Shown here piece after piece: positions 9,283 to 22,850 of a stretch of DNA of 64,000 nt. Position 1 is the first letter of the stretch. Every line of letters begins with the position of its first letter. This DNA is from an uncultured delta proteobacterium. GTDB taxonomy: Bacteria > Myxococcota_A > UBA9160 > SMWR01. Where the stretch lies: assembly GCA_963832165.1 (NCBI GenBank), contig CAWHTE010000007.1:352001-416000 (forward strand), given 5' to 3'. The notes beneath the pieces are model-generated. The model saw nothing but the letters and a program-made list of their open reading frames with translations, was not told where the DNA came from and searched no databases. The position numbers and the translations under genes are program-made.

Positions 9283-9881
9283 GCGCGCGCCTCCCGAAGC
9301 ATGCGCCAGATTACGGGACCGCCCTGGATCGCGAGCTCGCCCAGCACTCGGAACCCGTGGCGCTCGTAGAAGGGCACGTTCGCGCGTTTCGACGACTCGA
9401 GATAGGCCGGAACGCGATCGGCGTCACAGCGCGCGAGGATCGGCGCGAGCAGCGCCGACCCGACGCCGCGGCCCTGGTGGCGCGGATCGGTGCCGAGCAC
9501 CGCGAGATACCAGTGCGGCTCGAGCGGATGCGCGCGCTCGATCCGCGCGAGCTGCTCGCCCACCGCGCGGGCGCGGCGCCCGAGCGCGGCGTACCAGCGC
9601 ACCGCCATCGCGAGCCGCTCCCCCAGCGAGGGAATCTGCGGGTAGGGCGGAACCCAGAACGACGCACCCTCGCGCGCCTCGGTCGTGAACACGCTCTCGT
9701 GTCGCAGCATGTCGCCCATCACCATCGCGAAGAACGCGTCGCTCGCGATCGCCCAGTCGAATTCGTTCGGCAGGATCCAGCGATGGACCGGATCGTCGCG
9801 AAACGCGCGCGCGAGTGCGAGCGACACCGCGCGCAGGTCGTCGGCGCGCGCGTTGCGCACGCACGGGGCCGGCAGGTTCAC
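9279..9881 (-). CDS. GNAT family N-acetyltransferase
   Basis: HWYLAVLGTDPRHQGRGVGSALL, AYLESS, NVPFYERHGF. Confidence 0.9.
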   Translation of the reverse strand: MNLPAPCVRNARADDLRAVSLALARAFRDDPVHRWILPNEFDWAIASDAFFAMVMGDMLRHESVFTTEAREGASFWVPPYPQIPSLGERLAMAVRWYAALGRRARAVGEQLARIERAHPLEPHWYLAVLGTDPRHQGRGVGSALLAPILARCDADRVPAYLESSKRANVPFYERHGFRVLGELAIQGGPVIWRMLREARA

Positions 9882-10372
9882 TGCGGCGCGCTCGCAGCGA
9901 ACGGCGCGTCGCAGCGGTGGGTGTCGCGGATGCGGCGCAGCGCTTCGAGCGAGCCGCCCCAGCTGCGCCAGCCCGCCTCGACCGCTTCCCAGCCGCGCGC
10001 CGCGACTACGCCGTCGCGGAACACCACGGGCACGTCGTCGACCTGGACGTCCGGGCAGCCCTCGGCGCTGCGCGCGGCCACCACGTAGACCTCGATCCGC
10101 AGCGAATCTCCGGTGGGCGTCTCGAGCGAGACCTGTCGCAGCGGGCTCGGAAACGGTTCCGCGGGGTGCCCGGGCCGGTGTACCGGATCGCGGCCCAGGA
10201 TCGCGTGGGCCTCCACCGCGCTCTGGCCGACCGCGACTCGCTCGACGCGCGCGCGCATCGCGAAATCCTGGATCGCGGCGGACTCGCGGGCACCCTCGCG
10301 CGCACTCCCGGACGCGCAGCCGAGCGCGGCGAGCGCGATCGCGGCCGCGCGCGCGTACCCTCTGCACCTCAT
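9878..10372 (-). CDS. putative lipoprotein (DUF3192-like)
   Basis: Lipobox ALGC; VPVVFRDGVVAARGW resembles the DUF3192 C-terminal motif. Confidence 0.55.
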   Translation of the reverse strand: MRCRGYARAAAIALAALGCASGSAREGARESAAIQDFAMRARVERVAVGQSAVEAHAILGRDPVHRPGHPAEPFPSPLRQVSLETPTGDSLRIEVYVVAARSAEGCPDVQVDDVPVVFRDGVVAARGWEAVEAGWRSWGGSLEALRRIRDTHRCDAPFAASAPQ

Positions 10373-10387
10373 CCCAGGAGACTAGCC

Positions 10388-10849
10388 ATGCGAAACCGCC
10401 GTGCGCTCCCGTGCGCACTCGCGATCTCTCTGCTCCTGCTCGCGGCCGCGCCCGCGAGCGACCCCGCGCCTACCGTGGACGCACTGCTCGGGGCGCAGCG
10501 CGTGCGCATACCGCTCGCCGCGCTCGCCGAACGCGCGCCGCTCGCGCCGCAAGAGGACTTCCGCGTCGTGGAGCTCGGGCGCGACACCGCCACGAGCCAC
10601 CACCTCGTCGCGATCCGCGGCGCGGAGAAGCCGCACCGCCACGATCGCCACGACCTGTTCGTGGTGGTCGTGCGCGGGCACGGCACGATGCGGATCGGCG
10701 ATGCCGCGCTGCCGGTCGGCGAGCACAGCGTCCTCTACGTGCCGCGCGGCACCGTGCACGCGTTCGCGAACGAGAGCGGCGGGCCCGCGCTCGCGTACGT
10801 GCTCTATACGCCGCCGTTCGACGGCGTGGACCGCGTCGACGCGCGCTAG
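10388..10849 (+). CDS. exported cupin domain protein
   Basis: Signal peptide; PHRHDRHD and VPRGTVHAF cupin motifs. Confidence 0.8.
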   Translation: MRNRRALPCALAISLLLLAAAPASDPAPTVDALLGAQRVRIPLAALAERAPLAPQEDFRVVELGRDTATSHHLVAIRGAEKPHRHDRHDLFVVVVRGHGTMRIGDAALPVGEHSVLYVPRGTVHAFANESGGPALAYVLYTPPFDGVDRVDAR

Positions 10850-11127
10850 ATCTCGTTTACGTGGACGATCGTCGGCGCTCCGGCGATCAGCGCGCCGAAC
10901 TGCGCGCCCACGCTCGCGAGGTTCTTGCCGTGGATCTTGAGGGCCTCGTCGCTCTCGTACTTCTCGTACAGGATGAACGTGGTCGGATCGTCCTTCCGCT
11001 GGTGCGGCAGATAGACGAGCGTGCCCTTCTCCTTGGCGAGCGTGTCGGCGGCCAGCTGCTTCAGGAAGCTCTTCGCCTCCTCGACCTTGTCTTCCTTCAC
11101 CTTGATCGTCGCGACGATGCTGGGCAT
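10846..11127 (-). CDS. antibiotic biosynthesis monooxygenase (ABM/YgiN-like) protein
   Basis: EKGTLVY, FILYEKYESDEALKIH; ribosome-binding site aggag upstream. Confidence 0.85.
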   Translation of the reverse strand: MPSIVATIKVKEDKVEEAKSFLKQLAADTLAKEKGTLVYLPHQRKDDPTTFILYEKYESDEALKIHGKNLASVGAQFGALIAGAPTIVHVNEI

Positions 11128-11301
11128 CGGGGGGTCTCCTGTGCTTTCGGGCGCGTGAGGGGAGCACGGTCGCAGGCTCGGTGACCCCGCGTCAAGCGCC
11201 GGGTACCCTCGGCCGAGAATCTCGAGAAGGACTCGCCTCGCACCCCCCACCCCCAGGTGGGCGGTGTCGGGGCTTTCGTGCGTGCGCGCACAGGAAGTTC
11301 G

Positions 11302-14949
<3,648 letters not shown>

Positions 14950-15016
14950 TCCGTACGCGATGTGCGGGCGCCGCAGTGAGGTGCTAACTCGGTACTCCCC
15001 TTTCCAGGAGAGCACG

Positions 15017-15553
15017 ATGAAATCCGATCAGCGGTCCGTAGCCGGCCTAGCGATTGTGATCCTGTCGATGGCCGTCGCGTGCGACCGGGCCTCGGCACCC
15101 GCGCTCGTCGAAGACACGCCGGAGAATCGCTCTGCTCAGATCGAGCGCTATTTCGCGGCCATGCCCCCCGAGGCCCTGGTCACGGACATGGTCGACAACA
15201 TCGCGACGCGCTTGCCCGATGATCAGCGCGCGCACTTCGTCGATCTGATGAAGAAGAACGTCGATGTGCCGAAGCTTCGTTCGATCATGCAGGAGGGAAT
15301 GGCGAAGAACTTTACCGCCGGCGAACTGAGCGCACTGGCCGACTTCTATGGATCGGAGCTCGGCAAGTCCGCGAACGAGAAGTTCGGAACCTACATGGCG
15401 GAAGTGATGCCTGCGGTCCAGGCGGAGATCGTGACGGCGGTGGGCAAGGTGCAGGGTGAGTTCGCAGCGAAGCAGGAGCCGTCGGCCCCGCCCGCCACGA
15501 AGACAGAGCCGGCGCCCGAGGCTGCCGCTCCAGCGCCGGCGGAGATGAATTAG
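15017..15553 (+). CDS. DUF2059-like lipoprotein
   Basis: Ribosome-binding site aggag; lipobox AVAC; FTAGELSALADFYGSELGK. Confidence 0.75.
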   Translation: MKSDQRSVAGLAIVILSMAVACDRASAPALVEDTPENRSAQIERYFAAMPPEALVTDMVDNIATRLPDDQRAHFVDLMKKNVDVPKLRSIMQEGMAKNFTAGELSALADFYGSELGKSANEKFGTYMAEVMPAVQAEIVTAVGKVQGEFAAKQEPSAPPATKTEPAPEAAAPAPAEMN

Positions 15554-16554
15554 TCGCGCGCTCCGAATCGCCGCCGGTACGCCGCGGGCGATAGACCCGT
15601 GTGGCGCTTGAACAGCCCGCGGAAGAACGCCGCGTCTCCGTAGCCGACCGACATGCCGACCTCCGACACGCCGCGGTGATCGTCCTCGAGCATGCGCTGC
15701 GCCGCGCGCACGCGCAGGCGCTGGAGATAGTCGAGCGGCGTGGTGCCCGTGGCGTCCTTGAACCGGCGCATGAAGTTGCGCGGGCTCATGCCGAGCTCGC
15801 GCGCGAGTGCGTCGAAGCGCACGTCTTCACGGCAGTGCCCTTGGATCCATCGCTCGGCGCGGCGCACCGACTCGTCGTCGTGGCGCGCGCCCACCGGCAG
15901 CACGGAGAAGCCGGCCTGGCACTCGCGCGGCATGTCGAGCACGAGCGCCTTGGCGCACTCGCGCGCGGTGTCGCGGCCCGCGAGCCGGTCGACGAGGTAG
16001 AGCGCCAGGTCGAGCGCCGCGTGTACACCGCCGCCGCAGTAGACGCCGTCTTCCTCCGTGACCAGGTCGTCGGGCTGCCAGCGCGCTCTCGGGAAGCGCG
16101 TGCGCATCTCGTCGACGAGCGCCCAGTGGGTGGTGGCGGCGCGGCCGTCGAGCAGCCCCGCGGCGCCGAGCAGCGAGACGCCCGAGCACACACCCGCGAC
16201 GCGCGCGCCGCGCGCGTGGACCTCGCGCAGAAAATCGACGATCGGCGCGTTGCGCGCGATCACCTCGCCGATCGGGAGCCCGCCCGAGGACACGAACACG
16301 AGGTCGCTGTGCGCCACCGCGTCGAGCGCGTCATCGGGCTGGATCCGGTACGGCGAGTTCGGGCACACGGGTGCGCCGTCGATCGACGCACTGCGCACGC
16401 GGAAGCACGGCGCGTGGGGCTGGCCGGCGAGCTCGTTCCAGAGCACGCCCGCATCGCGGAAGACCTCGAGCGGCCCGACCGCGGTGGAGGCGTGTCCGCC
16501 CTCGAGGAACAGCACGCTGACCTCGATCGAGTCGTTTGTCTGGATCACCACCAT
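15550..16554 (-). CDS. GlxA family AraC transcriptional regulator
   Basis: DJ-1/PfpI domain (GVCSG, LLDGRAATTHW) plus AraC HTH (MSPRNFMRRFK, VGYGD, FKRHTGLSP). Confidence 0.92.
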   Translation of the reverse strand: MVVIQTNDSIEVSVLFLEGGHASTAVGPLEVFRDAGVLWNELAGQPHAPCFRVRSASIDGAPVCPNSPYRIQPDDALDAVAHSDLVFVSSGGLPIGEVIARNAPIVDFLREVHARGARVAGVCSGVSLLGAAGLLDGRAATTHWALVDEMRTRFPRARWQPDDLVTEEDGVYCGGGVHAALDLALYLVDRLAGRDTARECAKALVLDMPRECQAGFSVLPVGARHDDESVRRAERWIQGHCREDVRFDALARELGMSPRNFMRRFKDATGTTPLDYLQRLRVRAAQRMLEDDHRGVSEVGMSVGYGDAAFFRGLFKRHTGLSPAAYRRRFGARD

Positions 16555-16626
16555 ACGTTGGCATATCAGCCATCTGGTAGCGAGGTCGGGCGAGGCGCAG
16601 ACTGGCGCCACACAAGGAGGACCGAC

Positions 16627-16902
16627 ATGCGTAAGTTCCTGATCGAGCGAAGGATCCCGGGCGTCGAACAGCTGGACTCGTGCGGGCTCGCCGACGCCGC
16701 GAAGAAGTCGAACGGCGTGCTGGCCGAGCTCTCGCCCCGGGCGCAGTGGATCGAGTCCTACGTCGTGGACGGGGGCACGGTGTGCGTCTACCTCGCCGAC
16801 GACGAGCAGGCGATCCGCGACCACGCCGCCAAGAGCGGCTTCCCGGCCAACAAGATCACCGAAGTGCTCCGGATGATCGATCCGACCACGGCCATCGGCT
16901 GA
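16627..16902 (+). CDS. DUF4242 domain protein
   Basis: QWIESYV, CVYLA, AIRDHA, GFPANKITEV; ribosome-binding site aaggagg; divergent from the GlxA regulator. Confidence 0.85.
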   Translation: MRKFLIERRIPGVEQLDSCGLADAAKKSNGVLAELSPRAQWIESYVVDGGTVCVYLADDEQAIRDHAAKSGFPANKITEVLRMIDPTTAIG

Positions 16903-16962
16903 CGACCGAGGCGTCACCCGATCTACACGGCCGCGGTCGGACCGCCGATCTACTCTGGTGGA

Positions 16963-19005
16963 ATGCGCCACTCCGCCGAGCGCTTCTTCAACCGCGAGCT
17001 GTCCTGGCTCGACTTCGACCGCCGCGTGCTCGAGCTCGCGCGCGACGCGGGTCGACCCGTGCTCGAGCGGGCGAAGTTCCTCGCGATCTTCTCGCGCAAT
17101 CTCGACGAGTTCTTCCAGGTGCGGGTGTCCGAGCTCCAGGACCTCGTGGCCGAGCGCGACGAGACGCCCGCGCCCGACGGACTCACGCCCGCGGCGCAGC
17201 TCGCCGCGATCCGCGAGCGCGTCCTCGAGCTGTTCGCGGCCGCGCACGAGACGTTCGAGCGCGAGCTGCGCCCCGCGCTGCGCGGCGCGGGCATCGACAT
17301 CGTGCGCTGGCAAGACCTCACCGACGAGGAGCGCGCGGGCACGCTCGCGCCGTTCGACGAGCAGATCTCGCCGGTGCTGATCCCGCTCGGCGTCGACCCG
17401 ACGCACCCGTTCCCGTTCGTCTCGGGTCTCTCGCTCTCGGTGGGCGCGTTCGTGCAGGCGCGCGGCGGCGGTCCGCGCCGGCTCGCGCGCGTGAAAGTGC
17501 CCGCCTTCCTGCCGCGCTGGTGGGAGGTCGGCCCGGGCCGCTACACGCCCGTCGAGGAGGTGATCCGCGCGCACTTCGGCCTCTTGTTTCCCGAAGACGA
17601 GATCGCGGGCGCGAGCTTCTTCCGCGTGACGCGCGACGCCGATCTCGAGCTCGACGAAGACCGCACCACGGGCGATCTCGTGAAGCAGGTGGAGGCGGGC
17701 CTGTACCGGCGCCGCCGCGCGAGCGATGCGGTGCGCCTCGAGGTGGCGGCCGGCTTCGATCCGCGGATCCGCGACCTGCTCCTGCGCGAGCTGCGTCTCG
17801 AGCGCGACGACCTGTACGAGGTGCCCGGGCTGCTCGATCTGGGCGGGCTGTCCGAGCTCCACGAGCGCGCGCCGTCCGAGCACAAAGACGCGCCGTGGAT
17901 TCCGGCCGAGGTGTTCCGCGGTCGACTCGGTGCAGAGCGCGTGGGCGAGGCCGTGTTCCGCACGCTGCGCGAGCGCGACGTGCTCGTGCACCATCCCTAC
18001 GAGAGCTTCGAGAGCTCGGTGGGCACGTTCCTCACCGCGGCCGCCGAGGATCCCGCGGTGCGCGTGATCATGACCACGCTCTACCGCACGGGCGGCTCGG
18101 AGAGCAGCATCGTGCAGGCGCTCCAGGGCGCGGCCGCGCGCGGCAAGCAGATCGTCGTGCTCGTCGAGCTCAAGGCGCGCTTCGACGAGGCGAGCAACCT
18201 CGAGCGCGCGCGATTCCTCGAGCGCGCAGGCGCGCACGTGGTGTATGGGGTGCTCGGCTTGAAGACCCACACCAAGCTCGCGTTCGTCGTGCGCGAGGAA
18301 GCGGGGCGGCTGCAGCGCTACTGCCACGTCGCGACGGGCAACTACAACCCGGTCACGGCCGCGCTCTACGAAGACGTCGGCCTGTTCACGAGCCGCGAGG
18401 ACGTCACGCGCGACGTCGCGGAGATGTTCCAGCGCCTCACGAGCGGAAGCGGCTGGCGATCCTACGAGAAGCTGCTCGTGGCGCCCGAGGGTCTGCGCGC
18501 GGGAATGCTCGAGCGGATCGCGCGCGAGGCGCGCCCGGGCGGCCGGATCATCGCGAAGCTGAACGGGCTCTCCGATCCGACCGTGATCGACGCGCTCTAC
18601 GACGCGTCGGCCGCGGGCGCGGAGATCGACCTGATCGTGCGCGGCATCTGCTGCCTGCGACCCGGCGTCGCGGGCCTGTCCGAGCGGATCCGGGTGCGCT
18701 CGGTGCTCGGCCGTTATCTCGAGCACTCGCGCATCTTCCGCTTCGGCGCGCCGGGCCAGGGCGAGACCTGGATCGGCTCCGCCGACCTGATGCAGCGCAA
18801 CCTCGATCTGCGCGTCGAGGCGCTCGTGTCCGTGGAAGACTCCGCGCTCGTGGCGCGCATCGACGCGCTGCTCGCGATCTATCTCGACGCGGAGTCACGC
18901 GTGTTCTGTCTCGCGCCCGACGGCTCATGGAAGTGCACGGGCAGCGTCGACGTGCAGGAGCGGATCCGCGCGCTCACTCCGCCGTCGGGAGCTCCAGCGG
19001 TGTGA
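16963..19005 (+). CDS. ppk1: polyphosphate kinase 1
   Basis: NRELSWLDF, NLDEFF, HPFP, HHPYESF, ELKARFDE, LKTHTK, RYLEHSR, SADLMQRNL. Confidence 0.95.
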   Translation: MRHSAERFFNRELSWLDFDRRVLELARDAGRPVLERAKFLAIFSRNLDEFFQVRVSELQDLVAERDETPAPDGLTPAAQLAAIRERVLELFAAAHETFERELRPALRGAGIDIVRWQDLTDEERAGTLAPFDEQISPVLIPLGVDPTHPFPFVSGLSLSVGAFVQARGGGPRRLARVKVPAFLPRWWEVGPGRYTPVEEVIRAHFGLLFPEDEIAGASFFRVTRDADLELDEDRTTGDLVKQVEAGLYRRRRASDAVRLEVAAGFDPRIRDLLLRELRLERDDLYEVPGLLDLGGLSELHERAPSEHKDAPWIPAEVFRGRLGAERVGEAVFRTLRERDVLVHHPYESFESSVGTFLTAAAEDPAVRVIMTTLYRTGGSESSIVQALQGAAARGKQIVVLVELKARFDEASNLERARFLERAGAHVVYGVLGLKTHTKLAFVVREEAGRLQRYCHVATGNYNPVTAALYEDVGLFTSREDVTRDVAEMFQRLTSGSGWRSYEKLLVAPEGLRAGMLERIAREARPGGRIIAKLNGLSDPTVIDALYDASAAGAEIDLIVRGICCLRPGVAGLSERIRVRSVLGRYLEHSRIFRFGAPGQGETWIGSADLMQRNLDLRVEALVSVEDSALVARIDALLAIYLDAESRVFCLAPDGSWKCTGSVDVQERIRALTPPSGAPAV

Positions 19006-19837
19006 GCGCGCCCTCGGTCGCCCAGCCGTGGGCGACCGCCTCGGCCTCGAGCGCAGCGACGCGGTCCGCTGACAGCGGGTGCGTGCCGAGGTAGCCAGGG
19101 ATGCGGGGCAGCGCACCTGCAGAGCCGTCTTCGCGAGCCAGGCGCGCGAAGAAGTCGGAGGTGCCGGCGACGTGTCCATACTCCGCCTGGACCAGAGCGA
19201 GGCCGAACTCGTCGGCTGCAGTCTCCTGGCGGCGGTCGAAGCTGCGCTGCGCGAGCTGGCCCGCGAGGTTGCCGAGCCCCGAAACGAGCTCGTCGCCGTA
19301 ACCGAGCGCGTTGGCCACGACCCAGAGCCCGAGGCCGCGACCGAGGCCGCGCAGGTGGTCGCGCGCCTCGTAGTGGCCGATCTCGTGCGCGAGCACGAGC
19401 GCGAGCTCGTTCTCGCTCTGCACGGTCTCGAGAAGTCCCGAGGTCACGAGGACGACGCGGCCCGGCAGCGCAAGCGCGTTCGGCTCCGGCTCGTCGTCGA
19501 GCACCCCGACCCGGATGTACGGCGGATCGCCGCAGTGCGACGCGAGCCGGTCGACCAGTGCCTGTAGAGCCGGCCTGCGCGGGTCTTCCGCACCCGCGAG
19601 CGCCCAATCCGCGAACCAGCGCGCCTCGAACGCGGGCGGGGCGAGCAGCACGAGCCGATCGACCACGAGCGCCGCGATCACGACGAACACGACCACCGCA
19701 CCGACCAGGCCGACCACGAGCAGCGCGAACTCGCGCAGCGGGTGATCGTCGCTGGTGTTGATGCCTTCGGCCGGGAGTTGGTCTAGAAGTCGCTCGTCGT
19801 CGGTCGCTGCGCGGCCGTCTGCGGCGCTTGCGATCAA
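18974..19837 (-). CDS. M48 family metallopeptidase
   Basis: PNALALPG, LAHEIGH, ETAAD, THP; TTG start overlapping the upstream stop is inferred. Confidence 0.85.
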   Translation of the reverse strand: MIASAADGRAATDDERLLDQLPAEGINTSDDHPLREFALLVVGLVGAVVVFVVIAALVVDRLVLLAPPAFEARWFADWALAGAEDPRRPALQALVDRLASHCGDPPYIRVGVLDDEPEPNALALPGRVVLVTSGLLETVQSENELALVLAHEIGHYEARDHLRGLGRGLGLWVVANALGYGDELVSGLGNLAGQLAQRSFDRRQETAADEFGLALVQAEYGHVAGTSDFFARLAREDGSAGALPRIPGYLGTHPLSADRVAALEAEAVAHGWATEGALTPLELPTAE

Positions 19838-20319
19838 CGCGGATCGCTGCGCAGCTCCAGCCCAGTGCCGAACGCGAGCACCTCGACGCCGGTGGTCGCC
19901 TTGCTGTTGCGGCTCGCGCGCGCGACGCGCGTGGTCTCGAGGCGCAGATTCACGATCGCCTGGAAGCCGCGCGCGCGCGCGTCCTCCTTGCAGCGCAGGA
20001 TCGCCTCGCGGCGCGCGCGGTCGAGCAGTGTCTCGTAGCTCTGGACGCGCCCGCCCACGATCGTGCGCAGACTGGCCAGGAAGCGCTTGAAGTGGTCGAC
20101 CGAGATCACGACGCTGCCCGAGACGATGCCGACGGCGTCCACGGCCCACGCGTTCGGGATCTGGCGGAACGTCACCGCGGGCAGCATGCGCAGCTCGTTC
20201 TCGCGCGTGCGGATGCTCGCGTAGTGCTGTCGCTCGACGCGCCGCCCCGTGAAGAACGCTGCGCCGAGCAGCGCGAGCGGCAGGACGATCTGGATCAGCC
20301 CCTCGATCGCGGCGCCCAC
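19834..20319 (-). CDS. YbjQ/UPF0145 family protein with an N-terminal TM helix
   Basis: GGRVQSYETLLDRARREA, VEVLAFGTG. Confidence 0.85.
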   Translation of the reverse strand: MGAAIEGLIQIVLPLALLGAAFFTGRRVERQHYASIRTRENELRMLPAVTFRQIPNAWAVDAVGIVSGSVVISVDHFKRFLASLRTIVGGRVQSYETLLDRARREAILRCKEDARARGFQAIVNLRLETTRVARASRNSKATTGVEVLAFGTGLELRSDPR

Positions 20320-20634
20320 CTAGTCCACCTGCACCGCAGTGCCGTATGCGAACAGCTCCGCCGCGCCCTGCGTGATCGAGCTGGTCGAGAAGCGCACGTT
20401 CACCACGGCGTTCGCACCGAGGCTCTCCGCCTCGTGGACCATGCGCTGGAGCGCGTCTTCGCGGCTCTCCTGGAGAAGCTCGGTATAGCCCTTGAGCTCG
20501 CCGCCGAAGATGTTCTTGATGCCGGCCATCAGGTCGCGCCCGATGTGCTTGGAGCGCACCGTGCTGCCGGATACGACGCCGAAGAAACGCTTGATCGTAC
20601 GGCCGGGAATACTCTCGGTCGTCGAGATGATCAT
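20320..20634 (-). CDS. YbjQ/UPF0145 family protein
   Basis: GGELKGYTELLQESRE, GANAVVNVRF, ELFAYGTAV. Confidence 0.92.
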   Translation of the reverse strand: MIISTTESIPGRTIKRFFGVVSGSTVRSKHIGRDLMAGIKNIFGGELKGYTELLQESREDALQRMVHEAESLGANAVVNVRFSTSSITQGAAELFAYGTAVQVD

Positions 20635-20739
20635 GGGGGGCCTCCGCTGGTCCACGGAACATCGGCCGGCCAGGGTTGTGGGCTTGAGCATCCGGCACCG
20701 CGCGCGAGGTTTTGTCATGCTCCGCGCGTGCCGCTCCGC

Positions 20740-21741
20740 ATGGGCAAAATCCTGTTGGCCGCCGCGCTCGCGCTGGCCCCGGTTGCGCCTGCGCGCGCGG
20801 TCGGCGACGCGACGCTGATCGACGGGATCGCCGCGCAGGTCGACGGCCGGATCGTGCTGGTGTCCGAGGTGCTGCGATCGGTGCGGCCCCAGGAAGAGGC
20901 GATGCGCCGCGCGGGCGCGCCCGAGCAGGAGATCGCCAAGCTGCGCGCCGACGGGCTCGAGCGGCTGATCGAGTCGCGCCTGGTCGAGAAGATCGTCGAG
21001 GACAGCAATCAGAAGGCCACCGACGAAGAGATCACGCGCACGATCGAGGGCATCGCGCAGGAGAACGGCCTCACGCTCGAGCAGCTCTACGCGAGCGTGG
21101 TGTTCCACGGGCTCACGGTCGAGGAGTACCGCCTCCAGATCAAGCGCGACTTCGAGCGGCGCAACATGATCCAGGGAATGCTCGGCCAGCGCGTCAAGGT
21201 CGAGGACGGCGAGATCGAGGAGCTCTACGCCGCCCGCTACGGCAAGCAGCGCGACACGGGAGACTCGGTGCACGTGCGCCAGATCCTGCGCGCGTACGGC
21301 GGCGCGTCCCAGCGCACGCAGGACGTCGCCTGCAACGAGGTGCGCCTCGCGCGCGATCGCGTCGCGGGCGGCGAGCCGTTCGAGAAGGTGGCCTCGCAGG
21401 TCTCCGAGGCCGCGCCGCGCGACGGCGGCGACATCGGTTGGCTGCCGCTCGCGAGCGTCGCGCCGTGGATGAGTCAGGCGCTCGAAGGCGTCCCCGACGG
21501 CGGCATGAGCGAGGTGCTCGTGCTGCCGTTCGGCTGCGCGGTGCTCCAGCTCGTCGAGCGCCGCGTGCTCGAGCCCGTCACCTACGAGCAGGCAAAGGAA
21601 TCGCTCTCGCGCGAGCTCTGGGAGCGCAAGCTCGAGCAGGAGTACCGCACCTGGATCGAGGAGATGCGCGGGAACAGCTACATCGAGCGACACGGCTACT
21701 TCGCCGACGCCGCCGCGCTCGGCGCATCCGACGTCGAGTAG
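20740..21741 (+). CDS. surA: SurA-like peptidyl-prolyl isomerase/chaperone
   Basis: Signal peptide; IDGIAAQVD SurA N-domain; parvulin motifs VHVRQIL, FEKVA, DGGDIGW. Confidence 0.8.
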   Translation: MGKILLAAALALAPVAPARAVGDATLIDGIAAQVDGRIVLVSEVLRSVRPQEEAMRRAGAPEQEIAKLRADGLERLIESRLVEKIVEDSNQKATDEEITRTIEGIAQENGLTLEQLYASVVFHGLTVEEYRLQIKRDFERRNMIQGMLGQRVKVEDGEIEELYAARYGKQRDTGDSVHVRQILRAYGGASQRTQDVACNEVRLARDRVAGGEPFEKVASQVSEAAPRDGGDIGWLPLASVAPWMSQALEGVPDGGMSEVLVLPFGCAVLQLVERRVLEPVTYEQAKESLSRELWERKLEQEYRTWIEEMRGNSYIERHGYFADAAALGASDVE

Positions 21742-21749
21742 CTCCCCCG

Positions 21750-22835
21750 TCAGGGCCGCACGACGTAGAACGCATTGACGGGATGCCCGAGGTCGAGCGG
21801 CTCGAAGCGCGCGAAGCCGGCCTCGGCAGCCATCTGGCGCAACAGATCCGCGTGCAGCCCGAGCGTGCCGAGCCCGAGCCCGCCCGGCTCGGAGAGCGCC
21901 GACGACATGCACGTGAGCACCGAGGTGCCGTACATCAGCGCGGCCATCGGGTTCTTGCGCACGTTCGCCTCGTAGCCGTCCTGCGCCTTGATGTCGGCGA
22001 CCAGCCAGGTGCCGTCGTCGCGCAGCGCGGCGCGGATCCCCTCGATCGCGCTCGCGGGATCCGTCATGTCGTGCAGGCAATCGAACGTGGTGATGAAGTG
22101 GAAGCTCGCGTCGCGCGGCAGAGGCTCGCGCCTGGCATCGTGGAATTCGACGTTGTCGAGACCCGCGGCGAGCCGGTTGGACTCGGCGCGCGAGAGCGCG
22201 TGGTGCGAGATGTCGTAGCCGTGGAAGTGTGAGTTCGGGAACGCGCTGGCCATCTCGAGCAGCGCGACGCCCGCGCCGCAGCCCACGTCGGCCACGCGCG
22301 CGCCGCGCTCGAGCGCAGGCACCACGCCCGCGATGCGCGGCAGCGCCATCGGCACGAGCAGCGCGCGATACCACGGCGCGAAGCCGCGCTCGATGCCCGC
22401 GGCCGCGCCGGGGCCGAGCGCGTCGTAGTCGAGACCCACGCCGCTCGCGAACGCCTCGGGCATGCGGTCGACGATCGCGATCGTCTCGGGCAGCGACGCG
22501 AACATCCCACAGCCGAACGCGGGATGGCGTTCGTCGGCGAGCACGGCGCGTCCCTCGGGCGAGAGCGCGAATCGCTCGTCGCCGCGGTGCTCGAGCACGC
22601 CGGCCGCTCCCTGCTGGTACAGCCACTCGCGCAGCCAGCGCTCGGAGAGCCCCGTGCGCCGCGCGAGCTCGGTGCTGTCGGCGGGCCCATCGTTCGCGAG
22701 CGAGCGGTACAGGCCGAGCCGGTCGCCCAGGCAGATCATCGCCGAGGTCATCGCGCCCCCGAGCGCGCCGAATACCTGCTTCGCGAATTCCTTGAGCCGC
22801 TCGGGATCGAGCGCGCGGTCATCGGGGGTGGACAT
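21750..22835 (-). CDS. class I SAM-dependent methyltransferase with an N-terminal wHTH (Rv2258c-like)
   Basis: GDRLGLY, ERWLREWL, VADVGCGAG, FDCLHDM. Confidence 0.85.
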   Translation of the reverse strand: MSTPDDRALDPERLKEFAKQVFGALGGAMTSAMICLGDRLGLYRSLANDGPADSTELARRTGLSERWLREWLYQQGAAGVLEHRGDERFALSPEGRAVLADERHPAFGCGMFASLPETIAIVDRMPEAFASGVGLDYDALGPGAAAGIERGFAPWYRALLVPMALPRIAGVVPALERGARVADVGCGAGVALLEMASAFPNSHFHGYDISHHALSRAESNRLAAGLDNVEFHDARREPLPRDASFHFITTFDCLHDMTDPASAIEGIRAALRDDGTWLVADIKAQDGYEANVRKNPMAALMYGTSVLTCMSSALSEPGGLGLGTLGLHADLLRQMAAEAGFARFEPLDLGHPVNAFYVVRP

Positions 22836-22850
22836 GGCTTCCTCCTGGGC

